From assembly GCA_047974225.1 (NCBI GenBank), contig JBKECD010000022.1, positions 29 to 64,028 of the forward strand: a DNA stretch of 64,000 bases, in the 5' to 3' direction. The position numbers were made by a program, and so were the translations under genes. The notes under the pieces are model-generated. The model saw only the letters and a program-made list of their open reading frames with translations. It did no database searches and was not told the DNA's origin. How positions within the stretch are numbered: position 1 is the first letter of the stretch; each line of letters starts with the position of its first letter. Shown in pieces: positions 62,153-64,000 of this stretch. This stretch comes from Mangrovibacterium sp. (GTDB lineage: Bacteria > Bacteroidota > Bacteroidia > Bacteroidales > Prolixibacteraceae).

Positions 62153-63421
62153 CTACCCCCTCACCAACCACTCCACCACATTGACTTCATTAATTAGCAC
62201 ATCATTCAGCTCATGTGTTTGGCTTTCGCCCATGGTGATTAAGGTCAGCTTGCTGCATTTCAACTCTTTTGAGGCTTTGAGGAGTGCTGAGCATTCACGT
62301 TTGAAGTTCTTTTCGTTGTCGATAAAGGCAGATACTTGGATGAGTTCTTTCACCTCAAGCCCCTTGCTCAACACAAAATCTATTTCATAGCTTTTGCGAT
62401 AGTAATAAATATCAACACCGGTCAGTCGGCGGCGACGCAAAAGCTCCAGATACACCACATTCTCTAATCGCCACCCTAGATTATCTCCCGTTAGGTTGTT
62501 GTCTTGCGGGGTGAGCAATGCGGGGTCGATGAGATACATCTTTTCCGACCGCACTCGCTCACGTGCTTTATAGGAAAACTTATTGATGCCCACAAGCAAA
62601 TAGGTTTGACGAAGATAGTTCACATAGTTTTCTGCCGTGTGTTGGCTGCCAAATCCGAAGGTTTCAGCGATGGATTTATAGCTTAGCTCTTGGGCAAAAT
62701 TCGCAATCATGTAGTTGGTGATTTTCACTAGCGCATCGAAATAGCGCACCTTAAATCGCTGACTAATATCAACGGTAACAATGCTGTTCACTAGCTGCTT
62801 GATATATCCCTTATGGTCTTTGATGTTTGCCAACTCGGGAAATCCCCCTTCTCGGATATAATCCTCGAAAGCTCTTTTCCGGAATGCAACTTCTTTCGTG
62901 GAGAGCGCATCGGTCTTGATTTCACGTTGCTGAAGATATTCTGCAAATGAAAAGGGGAAAAGTTCGATTTGCTGGTAGCGACCGGTCAGATAGGTGCTCA
63001 ATTCACTGCTCAATAGCTTGGCATTTGAACCTGTGATGATGAGGTGCATTTTCTGCCGAAGAAGGCGGTTCACAAATAAGTTCCAGCCCGACACGTTTTG
63101 AATTTCATCTAAAAACAAATGCTTGAAATCGCCATACACCATATATAAAGACTCCAAAACATCGTTTAAATCTTCTGCCGAGAGTGTGGCAAAACGCTCA
63201 TCATCGAAATTGACATAGGCATAATTCACTCCGCTTTTCTTCAAAACCGTATGGCACAAAGTGGACTTTCCGCATCGGCGCACTCCGATAACAATTTGTG
63301 CCAGCGGACTGTCTAAATCAACCAAAGCTTCTTCGGGACGATGGCAAACCTCATTCAACTCAAATTGCTCCACCTCTAGGCGTTGGTCGGCTATGACTTG
63401 TGTGTATTTACTTGAATTCAT
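62153..63421 (-). CDS. AAA-type ATPase with DUF4143 domain
   Basis: Walker A in ...VIGVRRCGKSTL..., Walker B in ...HLFLDEIQ..., and a C-terminal DUF4143-like region. Confidence 0.85.
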   Translation of the reverse strand: MNSSKYTQVIADQRLEVEQFELNEVCHRPEEALVDLDSPLAQIVIGVRRCGKSTLCHTVLKKSGVNYAYVNFDDERFATLSAEDLNDVLESLYMVYGDFKHLFLDEIQNVSGWNLFVNRLLRQKMHLIITGSNAKLLSSELSTYLTGRYQQIELFPFSFAEYLQQREIKTDALSTKEVAFRKRAFEDYIREGGFPELANIKDHKGYIKQLVNSIVTVDISQRFKVRYFDALVKITNYMIANFAQELSYKSIAETFGFGSQHTAENYVNYLRQTYLLVGINKFSYKARERVRSEKMYLIDPALLTPQDNNLTGDNLGWRLENVVYLELLRRRRLTGVDIYYYRKSYEIDFVLSKGLEVKELIQVSAFIDNEKNFKRECSALLKASKELKCSKLTLITMGESQTHELNDVLINEVNVVEWLVRG

Positions 63422-63461
63422 ATCAATCGAATTTTAGGCAAATATAGCACATCATTTCTTC

Positions 63462-63575
63462 CTAACTGCACTAAAACACGTTTTTTACACACCCTAACTG
63501 CACTAAATCGTAGTTTTTCGACTTCCTAACTGCACTAAAACACGATTTTTGCACGCCCAAACTGCACTAAAACAC
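63462..63575. repeat. Four copies of C(T/A)AACTGCACTAAA spaced exactly 32 bp apart
   Basis: Motif starts at 63462, 63494, 63526 and 63558, immediately upstream of the ATPase gene start at 63421. Confidence 0.85.
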
Positions 63576-64000
63576 ACTCTTCCCTCTTCCCTTTCCCCTA
63601 ATCCCTCTCCCCTTCTTCTTCTCCACGCTCCAACCAAACTTGCCGATTGGATCGCCCGTTTTAAAGTAATGCCCATGAATATAGCTGATGGGGCCGGCTG
63701 ATTTAAGGCTGAAAGCACCTGTTTCAGGATCGAGATATCGCTCATCGGCAATGATGTTTACTACATGGGCAATAAACATGTCGTGCGAGCCTAGCGGAAT
63801 AATTTCTTTCACTTGGCACTCAATCGAGATGGGCGATTCGCCCACTGCGGGACATTTCACAACACTAGCTTTTTGCTTGGTGAGCTTCATTTCGGCAAAT
63901 TTATCGTAGTCTTTTCCCGAGCGTACACCACACCAATCGGTGGCACGAGCTAGTTCTTCGGTTGTGAGGTTGATGATAAATTCGCCCGTGCGCTTAATAA
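63567..64000 (-). CDS. Flavin reductase-family protein, C-terminal part (5' end outside the window)
   Basis: The frame stays open to the window edge. Hand translation gives ...IKRTGEFIINLTTEELARATDWCGVRSGKDYDKFAEMKLTKQKA...PISYIHGHYFKTGDPIGKFGWSV..., which is FMN-binding split-barrel family wording. The last roughly 15 codons read into low-complexity sequence. Confidence 0.7.
   Translation of the reverse strand, partial: IKRTGEFIINLTTEELARATDWCGVRSGKDYDKFAEMKLTKQKASVVKCPAVGESPISIECQVKEIIPLGSHDMFIAHVVNIIADERYLDPETGAFSLKSAGPISYIHGHYFKTGDPIGKFGWSVEKKKGRGIRGKGRGKSVF

Noticed and set aside
63503-63751. An 82-aa minus-strand ORF overlapping the flavin reductase 3' end and the 32-bp motif array.
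   Set aside because: It is out of frame with the supported flavin reductase reading frame and runs through repeat and low-complexity DNA.

Overview
This 64 kb window looks like a chromosomal segment of a Bacteroidota-type genome. Supporting signs are TAnnTTTG -7 boxes, PorT-like barrels, an ECF sigma/FecR/TonB-dependent transducer module, and many DUF families typical of that phylum. I support about 62 protein genes, one pseudogene and two tRNAs (Leu-GAG, Glu-UUC). I found no rRNA, CRISPR, transposase, integrase or phage genes.

Backbone genes: nadE (partial), rplU-rpmA, glycyl-tRNA synthetase, a NupC-type transporter, rnhB, tadA, uvrC, apt, mnmG, ybeY, a DEAD-box helicase, rsgA, dprA, aroB, aroA, rpsT, aspartate kinase, the rimK cluster and mdh.

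Accessory or unusual content:
- (a) A four-gene restriction-modification operon at 208-3554 with three methyltransferases of different classes and a 177-aa PD-ExK nuclease.
- (b) HigBA and an Abi_2-like gene flanking rnhB.
- (c) A 1.29 kb ORF-free, AT-rich region next to ybeY-mnmG. It holds a DnaA-box cluster and a 42-bp x5 tandem array, and is a candidate oriC.
- (d) Three unrelated intergenic tandem arrays with 42-43 bp periods, plus one exactly 32-bp-phased motif array.
- (e) A MITE-like element with perfect 20-bp terminal inverted repeats inside a CsgG/DUF4810/DUF799 lipoprotein operon. An expanded relative lies upstream of the nucleoside transporter gene.
- (f) A roughly 30-nt GC-rich hairpin repeat family with four copies, three of them in the rimK cluster.
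- (g) An ECF/FecR/TonB-transducer operon ending in a Cys/His/Gly-rich lipoprotein.
- (h) An AT-rich polyol-phosphate polysaccharide locus bordered by a decayed Fic gene.

Spot base counts suggest a mosaic of about 50% GC backbone and 25-45% GC blocks, and one low-GC block contains core genes.

I did not find a multi-gene system that I can call new with confidence. The R-M operon, the candidate origin with its array, and the phased arrays and MITE family are the best leads. All homology calls come from motif recognition by eye, not from searches.
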